Of a DNA stretch of 64,000 nucleotides, positions 63,533 through 64,000 are shown piece after piece. This DNA is from Hamiltosporidium tvaerminnensis FI-OER-3-3 (taxonomy: Eukaryota > Fungi > Microsporidia), in contig JAKIMF020000001.1 in assembly GCA_022605425.2 (NCBI GenBank), positions 868,001-932,000 of the forward strand. The letters are read 5' to 3'. The notes under the pieces are model-generated. The model saw nothing but the letters and a program-made list of their open reading frames with translations. It was not told where the DNA came from and did no database searches. Position numbers and translations under genes: made by a program. The first letter of the stretch is position 1. Every line of letters begins with the position of its first letter.

Positions 63533-64000
63533 GGTGGAGGGAGGATAACCACATAAAAAACTTTCTGCTTGGCAATGAGTGTGTGAAACTGGTGTGAGAT
63601 CATTGTTTGGATTTTTGGTGGGAATACAACCACACTACATCTTCGGTTGTTCCATGGGAGTTGTTATGAGGAGGAGATGTCTAAGAAATGGAGAAACTTT
63701 TTCTACGAATTTATTTGTAGTTTTTTATGTAACCAGATTGCAGACCGCAGCTGAACATGTAGGTAATCGCCATGTAAAAGCATGGAAACCTAGCCTTGCT
63801 CACTCGGGTTAGAAGACTTAGCGCCTGGGAGATATAAAAATAAAACCCATTAAAAGCCGGGAGAGCTAAGTAGCAGGTTATACCTGTTGGTATGACATTG
63901 CACTGTCTAGGTGGACCCCATGTAAATCTCTGAAATATATCTTAGCTAGAAGTTTATTGGGTTCAGAAAGTGTAGAGTAAGTGGGAATGCTGCATAGTCT
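63533..64000 (+). mobile_element. ~730-nt element, young copy F (truncated by window end)
   Basis: Nearly identical to the first ~470 nt of copies A and D. Confidence 0.9.

Overview
AT-rich, gene-sparse, repeat-rich eukaryotic DNA, most consistent with a large-genome microsporidian. Evidence: compact divergent housekeeping genes, CCC-like motifs just upstream of ATGs, and a 26-nt spliceosomal intron right after the ATG of a ribosomal protein gene. Hamiltosporidium-like is my inference only. Host genes: DYS1 3' end, RRP41, coatomer zeta, RER1, condensin YCG1, two nucleotide-sugar-transporter paralogues, YOS1, eL20, tRNA-Arg(UCU) and a few lineage-specific, probably secreted ORFs or pseudogenes. 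Mobile DNA: at least 8 copies or fragments of a single-ORF R4/Dong-like non-LTR retrotransposon (RT + CCHC + restriction-like endonuclease, RLE; TSDs visible), one decayed RTE-like LINE, a tRNA-headed SINE and an unclassified ~970-bp repeat. The main unexplained signal is a ~730-nt non-coding dispersed element with 6 copies in 64 kb. It has no ORF, TIR, LTR or tRNA head. It shows many base-paired stems, a C(UUCG)G hairpin and a possible pseudoknot. It ends in the same TAAATAAA as the RLE LINE and shares its 5' head with a second ~220-nt element. It is a candidate structured-RNA retroposon family mobilised in trans. All alignments and pairings were read by eye.
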